From: Desulfobacterales bacterium
GTDB lineage: Bacteria; Desulfobacterota; Desulfobacteria; Desulfobacterales; UBA5852
Direction of reading: 5' to 3'
Length of the DNA stretch: 64,000 bases
Assembly (NCBI GenBank): GCA_963674755.2
Contig: CAXXVS010000001.1
Location: 416,001 to 480,000 of the forward strand
A program made the position numbers and the translations under genes. Positions 38,831-49,728 of this stretch are shown in pieces (the stretch's first letter is position 1; each line of letters begins with the position of its first letter). Below the pieces are notes generated by a model. It was not told the origin of the DNA. It was given only the letters and a program-made list of their open reading frames with translations, and searched no databases.

Positions 38831-40042
38831 TTACCTGATTTTAAACTCTAAAAAAGTGGATTCCCGTGATTCGGCATCCGCCACGACCTCATCAAACGAG
38901 GCCCCTAAAGGGGCTTCGGAAAATCCGGCACTCACGTTGAGCGCCTGATTTTCTGTCATGGCGCCGTTGATGATGCGGTCGGCCTTGAGTTCTTTGGCCA
39001 ATCGGAAGCAGAACTGGCGGGCATCGTTCGCGCCCGCATCCTGTCGTACGATCATAAGCTGTTTCAACCCGCGGCGCGAACAGGAATCGACTTTACGAAT
39101 GTGATGCTGCACTTCCGAAGAAAAGTTCCGGAGGATCTTTTGGCCCGTGACGTGTCCGGCGCGGGCGTTGATCTCGTCCATGCTTTCCAGGGTCAGGACG
39201 ATCACGGAAAAGACCGACCGGTTTTCCGTGAGGCCGGCCATGGCCTCCATGTACTTCTGTTTGCCCTGGGTCATGGTCCCCATGCCGGTCAGCTCGTCCA
39301 GGGGATGCTGGAGTCCGGTAATGAATTCGTGGACGACCGGGTTGTCGACGTTCTGGAGATCCTCCGGGGGGCCTTCGAAGATGATTTTACCTTCGTCCAG
39401 CATGACCAGTTTCTGGGTGATCAGAAAAACGTCCGGAATTTCGTGGCTGATCAGCATGACCGTGAAGCCATACTTGCTCTGGTATTCGGAGATCATGCTG
39501 TGAACGGCATTTTTGCGGATGGGATCCAGACCGGTGGTCGGCTCGTCGAAGAGGATGATCTCCGGGTCGGTGACCAGGGCCCGGGCCATGGCGACCCGCT
39601 TTTGCATGCCCCCCGAAAGTTCCGAAGGGTATTTGGTATCGATACCCTCGAGGTCCAGCTGGGCGAGACGGGTGTGCACCCGGGTGCGGATGTCACGACG
39701 GGGCAGATCGGTGCCCTGATCCAAGGGCAGGGCAATATTCTCATAAACTGTCATGGAGTCGAAAAGGGCCATGTTCTGGAACATATAGCTGAACTTGCCG
39801 CGCCATGCCCAAAGCGTGGCCCGTGTCATGGCCGACATGGGTTGCCCGTCACAGAGAATGTCTCCGGCATCCGGTTTGAGCAGACCGATCACATGTTTGA
39901 AGAGAACGCTTTTGCCCGTGCCGCTTTTGCCGATGATCGTGGTGATTTGCCCCCTGGGGATCGTAAGGCTGGTGCCCTGCAGGACCGGCGTGGAACCCAG
40001 CGTTTTGTATACATTGCGGAACTCGATAAGGGGCTGCGTCAT
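38831..40042 (-). CDS. mlaF: MlaF ABC ATPase fused to a degenerate GGDEF domain
   Basis: [27 protein letters not shown]-terminal DELTG, INARAGH..GQKIL, RRGLKQL, VSAGF. Confidence 0.88.
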   Translation of the reverse strand: MTQPLIEFRNVYKTLGSTPVLQGTSLTIPRGQITTIIGKSGTGKSVLFKHVIGLLKPDAGDILCDGQPMSAMTRATLWAWRGKFSYMFQNMALFDSMTVYENIALPLDQGTDLPRRDIRTRVHTRLAQLDLEGIDTKYPSELSGGMQKRVAMARALVTDPEIILFDEPTTGLDPIRKNAVHSMISEYQSKYGFTVMLISHEIPDVFLITQKLVMLDEGKIIFEGPPEDLQNVDNPVVHEFITGLQHPLDELTGMGTMTQGKQKYMEAMAGLTENRSVFSVIVLTLESMDEINARAGHVTGQKILRNFSSEVQHHIRKVDSCSRRGLKQLMIVRQDAGANDARQFCFRLAKELKADRIINGAMTENQALNVSAGFSEAPLGASFDEVVADAESRESTFLEFKIR

Positions 40043-40349
40043 GATGTTATCCCGGGATAGCGGCAATGAAGGCACATGTTGACCGTGTCACATCGATACG
40101 GCCTTGCGACCGGGAAGGCTTTCGATCCGGTGCAATGCGTGGGTCCCCGTTTGGGGGCCGCCCTAACCTATGAACTTGTCAGAGAATCCGATTCTTGTAA
40201 TATGACGATAATCGGAAAAAGGGTCAAGGGCTAAGGTGGCTCCTTCCGTTTGGCCTTGGGCCTAAATCCGGCAGGTTACCCATGCCCGGGCGGATGATCC
40301 AACTTCCAGCTAACGATTGTGAGTATAGTGTCTTGTCAACTTTCAAGCG

Positions 40350-40777
40350 TCGGATGGCGGTTCCGAAGTTGTGTTCGTGCACGTTGAGATTCGAACCGCC
40401 AGCTCGCTGGTTTTACGACATCCAAGGCGTGACCTGACACTAGTGCCCACCCAGAGGTGGTGGATTTTGGTCTCTGGTCCCGCCCCACAGCACGGGATTT
40501 CACATCTGATCCTTGGTCACATCGGTGTTCAACAAACCGCAGCCGGTTGGCGTCCCGCTGAGCGGGACTTCCCATCTGATGGATTCTTCAACGGTGGGTG
40601 CCCACAGGCGCAGCCCGGCTACGCCGGGGACCGACAGGCGGCGAGAACGCCGCCAGAGGGCAAAAGATGCCATCTCCGGATGGGCATGAGCCTGAGAAAC
40701 CGATGCCGGTTTGACGCGGTCGTCCCATGGACGTTATAACACCACGTCGTTCCCGAGGGCGTCGCGCCTGCAACCCG
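40350..40777 (+). ncRNA. Large structured non-coding RNA/leader candidate
   Basis: About ten short helices, several nested in multi-branch domains; no credible ORF; TATAGT at 40324-40329. Confidence 0.4.
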
Positions 40778-40799
40778 ACATCAAGGAGGCCCGCATCCC

Positions 40800-42728
40800 A
40801 TGACGGATCTATCCCACCTGTTCGCGCCCATTACCATCGGCTCCATGACGGCCCCCAACCGGCTCATGATGCCGGCCATGAGCATCAATTTCGGTGTCGA
40901 CGCCCAGGGCTTCGTGACCGATCAACTCATCGACTATTTCGTGGCCCGGGCCCGGGGCGGGGCGGGGCTGTTGCTGGTGGGCGGCGGCGGGATTCACCCT
41001 ACGGGGGTCGAGCTGCCGGAATTGCCAAAACTCTGGCAGGATGCCTGCATTCCCGCCCTGCGCCGCATGGTGGCGGCCGTGCGGCCCTTTGAAGCCTGCT
41101 TCGGCGTCCAGTTGATGCATGGCGGACGACAATCCTACCACGATCAAAAGGTGGCCCCTTCGGCCATTCCGGCCCCGGCCGTGGTCAAGGGCATCCCCAA
41201 GGCCCTTACGATCGAGGAGATCGACGAACTGGTGGCCGCCTTCGGCGATGCGGCCCGGCGCTGCCGCGACGCCGGCTTCGACTTCATTGAAATCCACGGG
41301 GCCCACGGTTATCTCATCAACCAGTTCATGGCGCTGAACAGCAACACGCGGGAGGATCGTTACGGCGGCAGCTTCGCGAACCGGATTCGCTTTATGATGG
41401 AAGTCCTGGCCGATATCAAGGCCAAGGCGGGTGACGACTATCCGGTGGGCGTTCGGATCAACGGCAATGATTTCATCCGCAACGGCTGGACCCTGGAAGA
41501 TACCCTGCGGCTGGCGCCCCTTCTGGAGTCGGCCGGAGCGGCTTATCTGCATGTGTCGGCCGGGGTCTACGGCTCGACGGAATTGACCATCCCGTCCGTC
41601 TATGCCCCCCAGGGCTGTTTCGTCCATCTGGCCGAAGCGGTCAAAAAGGTGGTCTCCCTGCCGGTGGTGACCGTGGGGCGGATCAAACATGCCGCCATGG
41701 CCGACCAGATCATTGCCGAAGGCCGGGCGGATGCGGTGGCCATGGGGCGGGCCCTGCTGGCCGATCCCGAGCTGCCCAACAAAGCGCGCCGCGCTGGAAT
41801 ACCGATTCGGCCCTGCATCGGCTGCTGCCTGGGATGCATCCACGCCGCACTGCAACTCGAACCCGGGGGCTGTGTGGTCAATCCGGATGTGGGACGGGAG
41901 TATTTGCTGAAGGACGACGGCCCGGCCGCGGTGGCGCGCACCGTCCTGGTGGTGGGGGGCGGCCCGGCCGGATTGGCCGCGGCCCGCATGGCGGCCCTAC
42001 GGGGCCATCGGGTGACCCTGGTCGAGGCCGGTCCAGTCTTGGGCGGCCTGTTTCGCCTGGCGGCCCGGGCGCCCGGGCGGCAGGAGGCGGGCGATATCCT
42101 GACGTACTTCATGCAAGAGCTTGAGCGCCTGCAAATGGATGTCCGTCTGGAAACCCCGCTGACCGCCGAACTGCTCGATGGGCTGGCACCCGACGTGGCG
42201 GTCCTGGCCACGGGCAGTTTACCCGACACGCCTATTATCAAGGGGTTTTCCGGTACCAAGATGGCCGTCTACGCCGTTGTGGAGGTTATGGAAGGAGAGC
42301 TGCCCGAGGGCGAACGGGTCATCGTTCTGGGGGGGGGTCAGAGCGCCCTGATGTTGGCGGATTTTCTGGCCGAAGCAGGCAAATCCGTGGTGGTGCTGAA
42401 CCGCGGCCGGCATTTCGGCGAAGAGATGTCCAGCAACGACCGGTTTTACCTCCGGGAGCGGCTCAACCGCCATGGCGTGGCCCTCCATAAAAATGTGGCC
42501 GTAGAAGCCTTTCTGGCGCACGGGGCTCGTATCCGCACCGGCGGGGCGGTCGCAACGCTCGATAACATGGATGCCCTGGTGATTGCCGAGGGCATGACGG
42601 CCATCCGCCCGGATCGGCGTCTCTTTACCGACCGGCCCATTGCGGTGCATACGATCGGGGATGCCAAAGAACCCCGCAACCTGATGCTGGCCATCGCGGA
42701 GGGCGAAGAACTGGGGCGCACGATTTAG
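40800..42728 (+). CDS. NADH:flavin oxidoreductase (OYE, FadH/BaiCD-like)
   Basis: EIHGAHGYLINQF, NxRxDxYGGS, CIGCCLGC, VGGGPAG. Confidence 0.92.
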   Translation: MTDLSHLFAPITIGSMTAPNRLMMPAMSINFGVDAQGFVTDQLIDYFVARARGGAGLLLVGGGGIHPTGVELPELPKLWQDACIPALRRMVAAVRPFEACFGVQLMHGGRQSYHDQKVAPSAIPAPAVVKGIPKALTIEEIDELVAAFGDAARRCRDAGFDFIEIHGAHGYLINQFMALNSNTREDRYGGSFANRIRFMMEVLADIKAKAGDDYPVGVRINGNDFIRNGWTLEDTLRLAPLLESAGAAYLHVSAGVYGSTELTIPSVYAPQGCFVHLAEAVKKVVSLPVVTVGRIKHAAMADQIIAEGRADAVAMGRALLADPELPNKARRAGIPIRPCIGCCLGCIHAALQLEPGGCVVNPDVGREYLLKDDGPAAVARTVLVVGGGPAGLAAARMAALRGHRVTLVEAGPVLGGLFRLAARAPGRQEAGDILTYFMQELERLQMDVRLETPLTAELLDGLAPDVAVLATGSLPDTPIIKGFSGTKMAVYAVVEVMEGELPEGERVIVLGGGQSALMLADFLAEAGKSVVVLNRGRHFGEEMSSNDRFYLRERLNRHGVALHKNVAVEAFLAHGARIRTGGAVATLDNMDALVIAEGMTAIRPDRRLFTDRPIAVHTIGDAKEPRNLMLAIAEGEELGRTI

Positions 42729-42775
42729 GGCCTGTCCGGAAATGATCTTTGGGGCTCTGGCCGGTCAGAGCGGGT

Positions 42776-43120
42776 CTACGTTTCGGGCGTATCGCTCAGT
42801 TTGGGGTTATTGCGGTGGCGCTCGGAATCCCGGCAGGTTTTTTTGATCAGGTTGCGTTCCACGGCGGCCGTAAGGTCGATGCCGGTCTGGTTGGCAAGGC
42901 ATACCACGACGAAGAGGACATCGGCCAGTTCGTCGGCCAGGTCGTGGTTTTCTTCGGGGGTCTTGAAGCTTTGGTCGCCATAGGTGCGGGCCATGATGCG
43001 GGCCACCTCGCCAACTTCTTCCATGAGGATGGCCGTGTTGGTGAGTTCGGAAAAATAGCGTACCCCCACCGTATTGACCCAGGCGTCAATCTTTTTCTGG
43101 TATGCTTCGATTGTAAGCAT
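42776..43120 (-). CDS. MazG-like NTP pyrophosphohydrolase (YpjD-type)
   Basis: YFSELTN.AIL.EEVGEVAR, DELADVLFV..CLANQTGIDL. Confidence 0.9.
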   Translation of the reverse strand: MLTIEAYQKKIDAWVNTVGVRYFSELTNTAILMEEVGEVARIMARTYGDQSFKTPEENHDLADELADVLFVVVCLANQTGIDLTAAVERNLIKKTCRDSERHRNNPKLSDTPET

Positions 43121-43337
43121 GTGTCATTTCTCCACTATAGGGTCGCCTTGCAATCGGCCAACGATTTCGCTATGCAAGGGGTGCATGTTAGCGCCACCGT
43201 AATGCAGATTTCGCCGCCATTCAACCGTGCTGTTGTTTATCACCGACGGCCGCGCCGTCTATACGGCCGATTTTCAGCCTTCGGGGGATGGCGGTAGACA
43301 TCCGTCCGCCCATTCACCGCCATGGAGAGAAGTGCCG

Positions 43338-44714
43338 ATGATCAGGGTCCGTATTGGGGTCTGTTGCTTATTGATCGCCTGGCTGGCTTTGGGCACGAAC
43401 GGTTGCATGTTCATGCGCTTGAGCCAGGACCTCAAGCAGGTTGAAAGCAAGGACGCCTACATCCGCGGGCGGGTATCCTACCATGCGGACCAGAATGCCC
43501 CCGTGCTGATGCTGCTGATAACCGTCGACGGCGACAAGAAGCAGGTCGCCGATTTTTCCGTGATGGAGCAGCCCGGCCTCTATGCCTTCCTGGTGCCCCA
43601 AGGCACATACTACGTAGCGGGTTTTATCGATCTGAATCGCAACATGCGTCCGGACATCGGGGAAATTTACGGGGTCTACGGCGCCCCGGACCCGGTGGTG
43701 GTAGAGCACGCGGGCATGATCAACGGTATCGACCTGACGCTGGACCGCGTCATCCGCAAAGGCGAGATCGATACGGATTTCTGGGCTCAAATGCACCTGG
43801 AAAAATCGTCCGCCAGCGCCTATATCAGTGCCGCCGGCGCCGTGGCTGATCTGGATAACCGTTATTTCACTCCCGATTATGCGGCCAAAGGTCTCTGGGA
43901 GCCTTATACCACACTGAGGGAAATGGGGATTGGCCTGTTCTTCCTCGAAGACTACGATCCCGGCAAAATCCCGGTGCTTTTTGTCTACGGTGCGTCCGGT
44001 CACGTCCAGAACTGGCGGCCGATTTTCGACCGGATGGACCGGCAGCGCTTTCAACCCTGGTTTTTCAACTACCCTTCCGGACTCGATTTGGACTTTATCG
44101 GCAACGCCCTGGAAGGCGCTATTCAGTTGCTTCATGACCGCTACGAATTCGATACCCTTTTCATTGTGGCCCACAGCATGGGCGGACTGGTGGCCCGCCA
44201 CGCCATCCTGCAGGGCGTTTACGACGATCACCAGGATTACATCCGCTTGTTCCTCACCATTTCGACCCCCTGGGGCGGACACCGGGCCGCGGCCCAGGGC
44301 GTCAAATATGCACCGGCCGTGGTGCCCAGCTGGCGGGATATGGCGCCGGACAGCGATTTTCTGGCACATCTCTACAGCCGCCCGCTGCCGCCGGAAGTGC
44401 CCTACTACCTCTTTTTCAGCTATGGCGGCCGGTCGGGCATGATGGATGAAAATAACGACGGGGCCGTCACCCTGGAAAGCCAGCTGGATTACCGGGTTCA
44501 GCGCCCTGCCAAGGCGCTTTTCGGCTTTGAGGACGACCATGTGAAGGTACTCTCCAGCGCGGATATGATCGGTATCTTCAATACTGTTTTGCGGGAACGT
44601 GCCGATGGGATTGCCCCAGGGGCCCTGCGCCGGATCTTTCGGCTGCCGAAGGGGACATCACAGAATACCGGCCGGTCTAGCGCCAAGGAGCAGTGGCGCA
44701 AGCCTATCCATTGA
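43338..44714 (+). CDS. Lipoprotein with alpha/beta hydrolase domain
   Basis: Lipobox-like TNGC; AHSMGG; DGAV; H in DDH. Confidence 0.82.
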   Translation: MIRVRIGVCCLLIAWLALGTNGCMFMRLSQDLKQVESKDAYIRGRVSYHADQNAPVLMLLITVDGDKKQVADFSVMEQPGLYAFLVPQGTYYVAGFIDLNRNMRPDIGEIYGVYGAPDPVVVEHAGMINGIDLTLDRVIRKGEIDTDFWAQMHLEKSSASAYISAAGAVADLDNRYFTPDYAAKGLWEPYTTLREMGIGLFFLEDYDPGKIPVLFVYGASGHVQNWRPIFDRMDRQRFQPWFFNYPSGLDLDFIGNALEGAIQLLHDRYEFDTLFIVAHSMGGLVARHAILQGVYDDHQDYIRLFLTISTPWGGHRAAAQGVKYAPAVVPSWRDMAPDSDFLAHLYSRPLPPEVPYYLFFSYGGRSGMMDENNDGAVTLESQLDYRVQRPAKALFGFEDDHVKVLSSADMIGIFNTVLRERADGIAPGALRRIFRLPKGTSQNTGRSSAKEQWRKPIH

Positions 44715-44800
44715 CAAGTCAAAAGGGGAGCGATTAAGAATGGCCGGCGCGGCTGCGGATTCTTCCCCCACCCCACCGCTAACATTTTGAAGGAGACGAC

Positions 44801-45595
44801 ATGCAGCAGGTCCGCAGGATCATCGACCTCAATTCCGATGTCGGCGAAAGCTTTGGCAACTATACCCTCGGTCTGGACAAAGAAGTAGTCCCCCTGATCA
44901 GCTCGGCCAACATCGCCTGTGGCTTCCATGCCGGCGATCCGCTGGTGATGCGGCGTACGGTGCGGCTGGCCCTGGCCAACGGAGTCGCTCCCGGGGCGCA
45001 CCCCGGCTTCCCGGATCTCATGGGCTTCGGTCGCCGCAACATGGATGCCACCGCCGATGAGATCCGCGATTATGTCGCCTACCAGGTGGGGGCTTTAAGC
45101 GCCTTCGTGAAGGCCGAAGGGGGGCGATTGCAGCATGTCAAACCCCACGGGGCGCTCTATACCATGGCGGTCGGCGATCCCGGTATCTGGCAGACCGTGG
45201 CCGAGGCCATCGCCGCCATCGATCACAATTTGATTCTCTTCGTACTGGGCGGCCGCAACCGGGACGCGCTCAAAGCCATGGGCCGCAAGATCGGCATCCG
45301 TGTGGCCTGCGAATTTTTTGCGGACCGGGCTTACAACACCGACGGCTCGCTGGTCTCGCGACGGGAGCCCGGGGCGGTGATCAGGGACCACGATCTCGCT
45401 GCCGCCCGGGTGCTCAAGATGGTGACCGAAGGGCGCGTGATCTGTATCAACGGTGAGGAAATCGCTCTTTCCGGTGATACGGTTTGTGTCCATGGGGATA
45501 ACCCTTCGGCCCTGGCCCTCGTTCGCCGCATTCGGGAAACCCTTGCCGAGGCGGGGGTCGCGGTCCAGCCCGTGGGCACCTTTTTGCAGGATTGA
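44801..45595 (+). CDS. pxpA: 5-oxoprolinase subunit A (LamB/YcsF)
   Basis: DLNSDVGESFG, ANIACGFHAGDP, HVKPHGALY, CVHGD. Confidence 0.95.
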   Translation: MQQVRRIIDLNSDVGESFGNYTLGLDKEVVPLISSANIACGFHAGDPLVMRRTVRLALANGVAPGAHPGFPDLMGFGRRNMDATADEIRDYVAYQVGALSAFVKAEGGRLQHVKPHGALYTMAVGDPGIWQTVAEAIAAIDHNLILFVLGGRNRDALKAMGRKIGIRVACEFFADRAYNTDGSLVSRREPGAVIRDHDLAAARVLKMVTEGRVICINGEEIALSGDTVCVHGDNPSALALVRRIRETLAEAGVAVQPVGTFLQD

Positions 45596-46281
45596 TGCGA
45601 ATGCCGGCCGAGATTCGACACCTGGGAGACCGGGGGCTGCTGGTGGAACTGGGGGACGGGATCGATCCGGCGGTCAATCGCCGCGTCCAACGGTTGCAGC
45701 AGATGATAGTCCGCGAGACCCTATGGGGCGTGGTGGAAACCATTCCGGCCTACTGCTCCCTGCTGGTGGTGTATGACCCCCTGCGGGCCGCACCGCAGGC
45801 CCTGGCCCGTCAGATCAGGGGCCTGTGCGATTTTGAGGATGCCGCGGCATCCGAGATCCAGCGGCCGGTGATCGAAATTCCGGTGGTTTACGGCGGCGAG
45901 GCCGGTCCGGACCTGGAGGCCGTGGCCGCTTATCATAAGCTAACGGGCGAAGAGATCATCCACCTGCACAGCGGCACCGTCTACCGGGTCTACATGATCG
46001 GGTTTACGCCCGGCTTCCCTTACATGGGCGAACTGCCCCAGGCACTGGATACCCCCCGCCGGGAAACCCCCCGCACCCACATTCCCAAGGGATCGGTGGC
46101 CATCGCCCAGCGCCAGACCGGTATCTATCCGGTGGTCAGCCCCGGCGGCTGGCAGATCATCGGCCACACCCCCCTGGAACTCTTCGATCCCCAGCAGGAC
46201 CACCCATCCCTCCTGGGGATGGGTGACGAAGTCCGCTTTGTTCCCGTCACAGCCGAGGAGGCCTCCCAATGGGCACGGTAG
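45592..46281 (+). CDS. pxpB: 5-oxoprolinase subunit B
   Basis: IPVVYGG..GPDL, GFTPGFPY, GIYP..SPGGWQIIG. Confidence 0.95.
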   Translation: MMRMPAEIRHLGDRGLLVELGDGIDPAVNRRVQRLQQMIVRETLWGVVETIPAYCSLLVVYDPLRAAPQALARQIRGLCDFEDAAASEIQRPVIEIPVVYGGEAGPDLEAVAAYHKLTGEEIIHLHSGTVYRVYMIGFTPGFPYMGELPQALDTPRRETPRTHIPKGSVAIAQRQTGIYPVVSPGGWQIIGHTPLELFDPQQDHPSLLGMGDEVRFVPVTAEEASQWAR

Positions 46282-47246
46282 ACCTGCTGGAGATTTTAGC
46301 CCCCGGAATCCTGGCCTCGCTGCAGGATACCGGCCGGCAGGGCTATGGCCGGATCGGGGTGGCACCCAGCGGGGCTGCGGACAGTTACGCCTGCCGGATC
46401 GGCAACCTCCTGGTGGGCAATCTGGAAAACGCCGCGGCCCTTGAAATCACCCTGATGGGATTCCAGGCCCGTTTCCGCTGCGAAGCCGTCTTTGCCATCA
46501 CCGGTGCCGACCTGCAGCCCACCCTGAACGGCCGACCGCTGCCCCTTTGGACGGTGTTGCGAGCCGCGCCCGGCGACCGGCTCGAACTACCCGCCGCGGC
46601 CTGCGGCTGCCGGGCCTACCTGGCGGTGGGGGGCGGTTTTCATGCGCCGGCCGTCATGGGCAGCCGGTCCACCAATATCGGGGCGGGCTTCGGCGGCCAT
46701 GAAGGACGCGCCCTGCAAGCCGGCGACGTGCTCCGGGGCTGCGGCCCGGCGTCTTACCTGTCGTTGTCCGGCCGGTCCCTGCCGGACACCCTCTGGCCCG
46801 TACATACATCCGACTGGGTCCTGCGGGTGCTGCCCGGCCCCCAGAGCGACCAGTTTCCGGCTGCCAGCCGGACACAATTTTACGAAGCCCTCTATACGGT
46901 CAGCGGCGCCTCCAACCGCACCGGGGTGCGCCTGGAAGGCCCGGCCATCGCCAAGGAGGCCGGGGCGCCCGCGTCCATCCTGTCGGAAGGCATTCTGTGC
47001 GGCGCCATCCAGGTGCCCGGAGACGGCAAGCCCATCATCCTGATGAACGAAACCGTTACCGGCGGCTATCGCAAGATCGCCGTGGTCATCGCCGCCGATC
47101 TGCCGCTGCTGGGCCAGGTGGCCCCGGGCGATACGGTGCGTTTCCGGGAAACCGACCTCGCCCAGGCGCGCCAGCTGCTAAGCGGGGTGGAGGCTGCCGT
47201 GGACTGGGCACGACGTCACTTCAGCGATTGGCAGCAGACCCTCTGA
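46269..47246 (+). CDS. pxpC: 5-oxoprolinase subunit C
   Basis: QD.GR.GY..IGV..SGA.D, GCRAYLAV.GG, GAIQVP.DG.PII. Confidence 0.93.
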   Translation: MGTVDLLEILAPGILASLQDTGRQGYGRIGVAPSGAADSYACRIGNLLVGNLENAAALEITLMGFQARFRCEAVFAITGADLQPTLNGRPLPLWTVLRAAPGDRLELPAAACGCRAYLAVGGGFHAPAVMGSRSTNIGAGFGGHEGRALQAGDVLRGCGPASYLSLSGRSLPDTLWPVHTSDWVLRVLPGPQSDQFPAASRTQFYEALYTVSGASNRTGVRLEGPAIAKEAGAPASILSEGILCGAIQVPGDGKPIILMNETVTGGYRKIAVVIAADLPLLGQVAPGDTVRFRETDLAQARQLLSGVEAAVDWARRHFSDWQQTL

Positions 47247-47592
47247 GCAGGCCGAAGGCTCTTTCGGGTGAAGCCCTGCCAGCCAGGCAACTTGCCAATT
47301 CGTCCGGAATCTGATACGCCCCTAGCACTTCAGCCGGACAACCTCACGCGGTGCAATGCCGACCATCTTGCCGTTTTTGTTATCTTAGAAATGCCGTATT
47401 CTTGCGCGACCGGGACCGACACCAGATAGAGCCGACATATTCGACAGCCTATTTATTCCCGTTTGGAAATCGCCCATGGCTTATCGTCAAAGCGGAACCA
47501 TCCAATTTTCGGGTAGGAAAATCCATCTTACATCGTCTGCCATAAGATCCACAGGGCCGCTGCCGGACCTTATCCTGCGATTTCGTCCTGCA

Positions 47593-49092
47593 ATGTGGTT
47601 TGTCTGGGGTGTTGTCCTTGTCGCAGGGCTTGCAGGATGTACCACGACCACTCTACCGGCAGGTGCCGACCAGATGCCGGGAGCCGACGGCATTGCCCCC
47701 TTGGCAGCGGATACCCTATTCCAGCGACAACTGGGTGTCCATTGGTACAAGATCCGCGAAGACGATTTGAGGGTTGGTTGGGGCCGTATCGAAAAAAGTG
47801 AGTGCTCCAGTTTTTTTACGACGGGAAAGCGTTATCGGATCGACATAGAGTTGAATAGGACCCTGTTGATCAACGGGTATGCGCATCAAGTCGCCAACAG
47901 CCTGCGGATGGAATTTGAGACCCAACCACCGTTTCGACTTCTGGGGTTCAAGGCTCAGGAGCAAATAAACGATCACCGCTCATCAAAAGAGATCGTGCGT
48001 GCCGGCAATGGGTTCCGTTTGCGTGTCGAAAATGGCGGTAAGACCGTCAAGAAAGTGATCGCGGATATCGATTATCACCTCGACGATGCGCTGGCCATCG
48101 AACGCTGGCTCGGCAAATCGCCGCCTGTTGGGGATTTCATCTACATGGCCTATCTCGACCCGGATACACTGGAACGGATGGCAGGGTTGGTCAAAATCGC
48201 ATCGATTGACCAAAGCGTCGATTCGGTACGCCGTTATCACCTTACATACGCACGAATGGGACTAGGGATGACGGACGCAGTCTTCAACGACGACCTGACA
48301 TTGGCATCCTGCCATTTCGACCGGGGTTTCGGAATGCAGCTTGCCACAGAAGACGAAGCGCGAAGCCCCATCCCTGCAAAGGACTTGTATATTCACTATA
48401 TGCTTCCAATCGATGGCACCATCGGACGGAAGGACGAGGTCGCGCGGCTGGAGCTGACGATCGATACCCGGACCGGCGAACTTCTCGGAAATGCTCCTGG
48501 ACAGGAAGTGATGCCGGTACCGGACGCACAGTGCTACCGCGTCATTCTTGATCCAACAGGTGGTTTCCGCGAGGCCGCATCCGCCCGCGAGATCAGGGAT
48601 GCCCTGGAAGTACCGGAAGCATTGACGCGGGATGGCGGGGCGCTTTTGCAGACTGCCCGGAGACAACTCGATGGGGTCCGCGACCGGCAGCTCATGGTCG
48701 AGCGCCTGATGGCGCTGGTCGATGAGACGATTGCCGACAGCAATGCCATATTGTCACCGAATTTGAGTTATGCCCTTAAGAAGCGAAAAGGGGACTGCAG
48801 CGAACATGCGGCCGTTTTCGAGGCCTTGGCCAGGGCGTTCGAGATCCCCTGCCGCCGCGTAGGCGGCCTGGTGTATATGGGCGACTGGTCCCAGAGTTTC
48901 GGCCTGCATGCATGGAATGAAATCGTCATTGACGGTTATTGGCAGCCCGTCGATGTCACCCGGCAATCATCAGCGTTGCCCCCTTTCTATATCCGTTTCC
49001 CCTTGAATGCAGAAAAGCAGGATTTGCTGACGCACCATATCGCCCGCATGAAGATTAGCGTATTCGATGTCCGGAACCGCGCGTTGCCGTAA
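47593..49092 (+). CDS. Transglutaminase-domain lipoprotein
   Basis: LAGC lipobox; GDCSEHA, HAWNE, VD triad. Confidence 0.85.
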   Translation: MWFVWGVVLVAGLAGCTTTTLPAGADQMPGADGIAPLAADTLFQRQLGVHWYKIREDDLRVGWGRIEKSECSSFFTTGKRYRIDIELNRTLLINGYAHQVANSLRMEFETQPPFRLLGFKAQEQINDHRSSKEIVRAGNGFRLRVENGGKTVKKVIADIDYHLDDALAIERWLGKSPPVGDFIYMAYLDPDTLERMAGLVKIASIDQSVDSVRRYHLTYARMGLGMTDAVFNDDLTLASCHFDRGFGMQLATEDEARSPIPAKDLYIHYMLPIDGTIGRKDEVARLELTIDTRTGELLGNAPGQEVMPVPDAQCYRVILDPTGGFREAASAREIRDALEVPEALTRDGGALLQTARRQLDGVRDRQLMVERLMALVDETIADSNAILSPNLSYALKKRKGDCSEHAAVFEALARAFEIPCRRVGGLVYMGDWSQSFGLHAWNEIVIDGYWQPVDVTRQSSALPPFYIRFPLNAEKQDLLTHHIARMKISVFDVRNRALP

Positions 49093-49128
49093 TGGCAGCC
49101 AAGAACGAAGGGGACTTGACGCAAGGAG

Positions 49129-49728
49129 GTGGAAAACGTGAAACTTATTTGGGGCTCGGTATTGAACGTGCTGGTCCTGTGTTTGTTCGGCTGCACGTCC
49201 AGCCGCGTGAATATGATCGACGACCATACATTCCTATCGACGTACGAGCCTAAATTGCGCATCGACGTGGCTCCGGACTACACGCTGAAAAGGGACAGCG
49301 GCAAACGCTATACCTATGAATTTCTCAACCAAGACGAACATCGTTATATTTTGATTCGCTACACGCCAAAACCGGGGTATTCAACGAATATCGACTATTT
49401 CAATCATCCTGCCAAATGGATCTTTTACGAAATTCCCAACTGCGATATCATCGACAAGGGCGAACTCGAGCGCTTTAACCAAAAGTGGTTCTACCGTGAT
49501 ATCATTCACCATGTTTCCTCGGCGAAGTGCGCCATGGTCAGGGAGATGGGGTGTTTCACACCGTCCCATGCGGTGCTGAAAGTGCTTTATTTGCAGGATC
49601 TGCCGCCCTATAAATGTGCATCCTGGGAAGGGATACAGGTTCTCGGGCCGGAACAGCAGGCCAAATTCGACGTGTTCCTCAAGAACCATGCAAACGATAT
49701 TCAAATGTCCGCTTATGAAGATGAATAG
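49129..49728 (+). CDS. Hypothetical lipoprotein
   Basis: AAGGAGG nearby; LFGC lipobox. Confidence 0.75.
   Translation: MENVKLIWGSVLNVLVLCLFGCTSSRVNMIDDHTFLSTYEPKLRIDVAPDYTLKRDSGKRYTYEFLNQDEHRYILIRYTPKPGYSTNIDYFNHPAKWIFYEIPNCDIIDKGELERFNQKWFYRDIIHHVSSAKCAMVREMGCFTPSHAVLKVLYLQDLPPYKCASWEGIQVLGPEQQAKFDVFLKNHANDIQMSAYEDE

Noticed and set aside
40490..40510. 16S-like string CAGATGTGAAATCCCG on the minus strand
   Set aside because: Only ~15 nt with no flanking rRNA similarity; chance match
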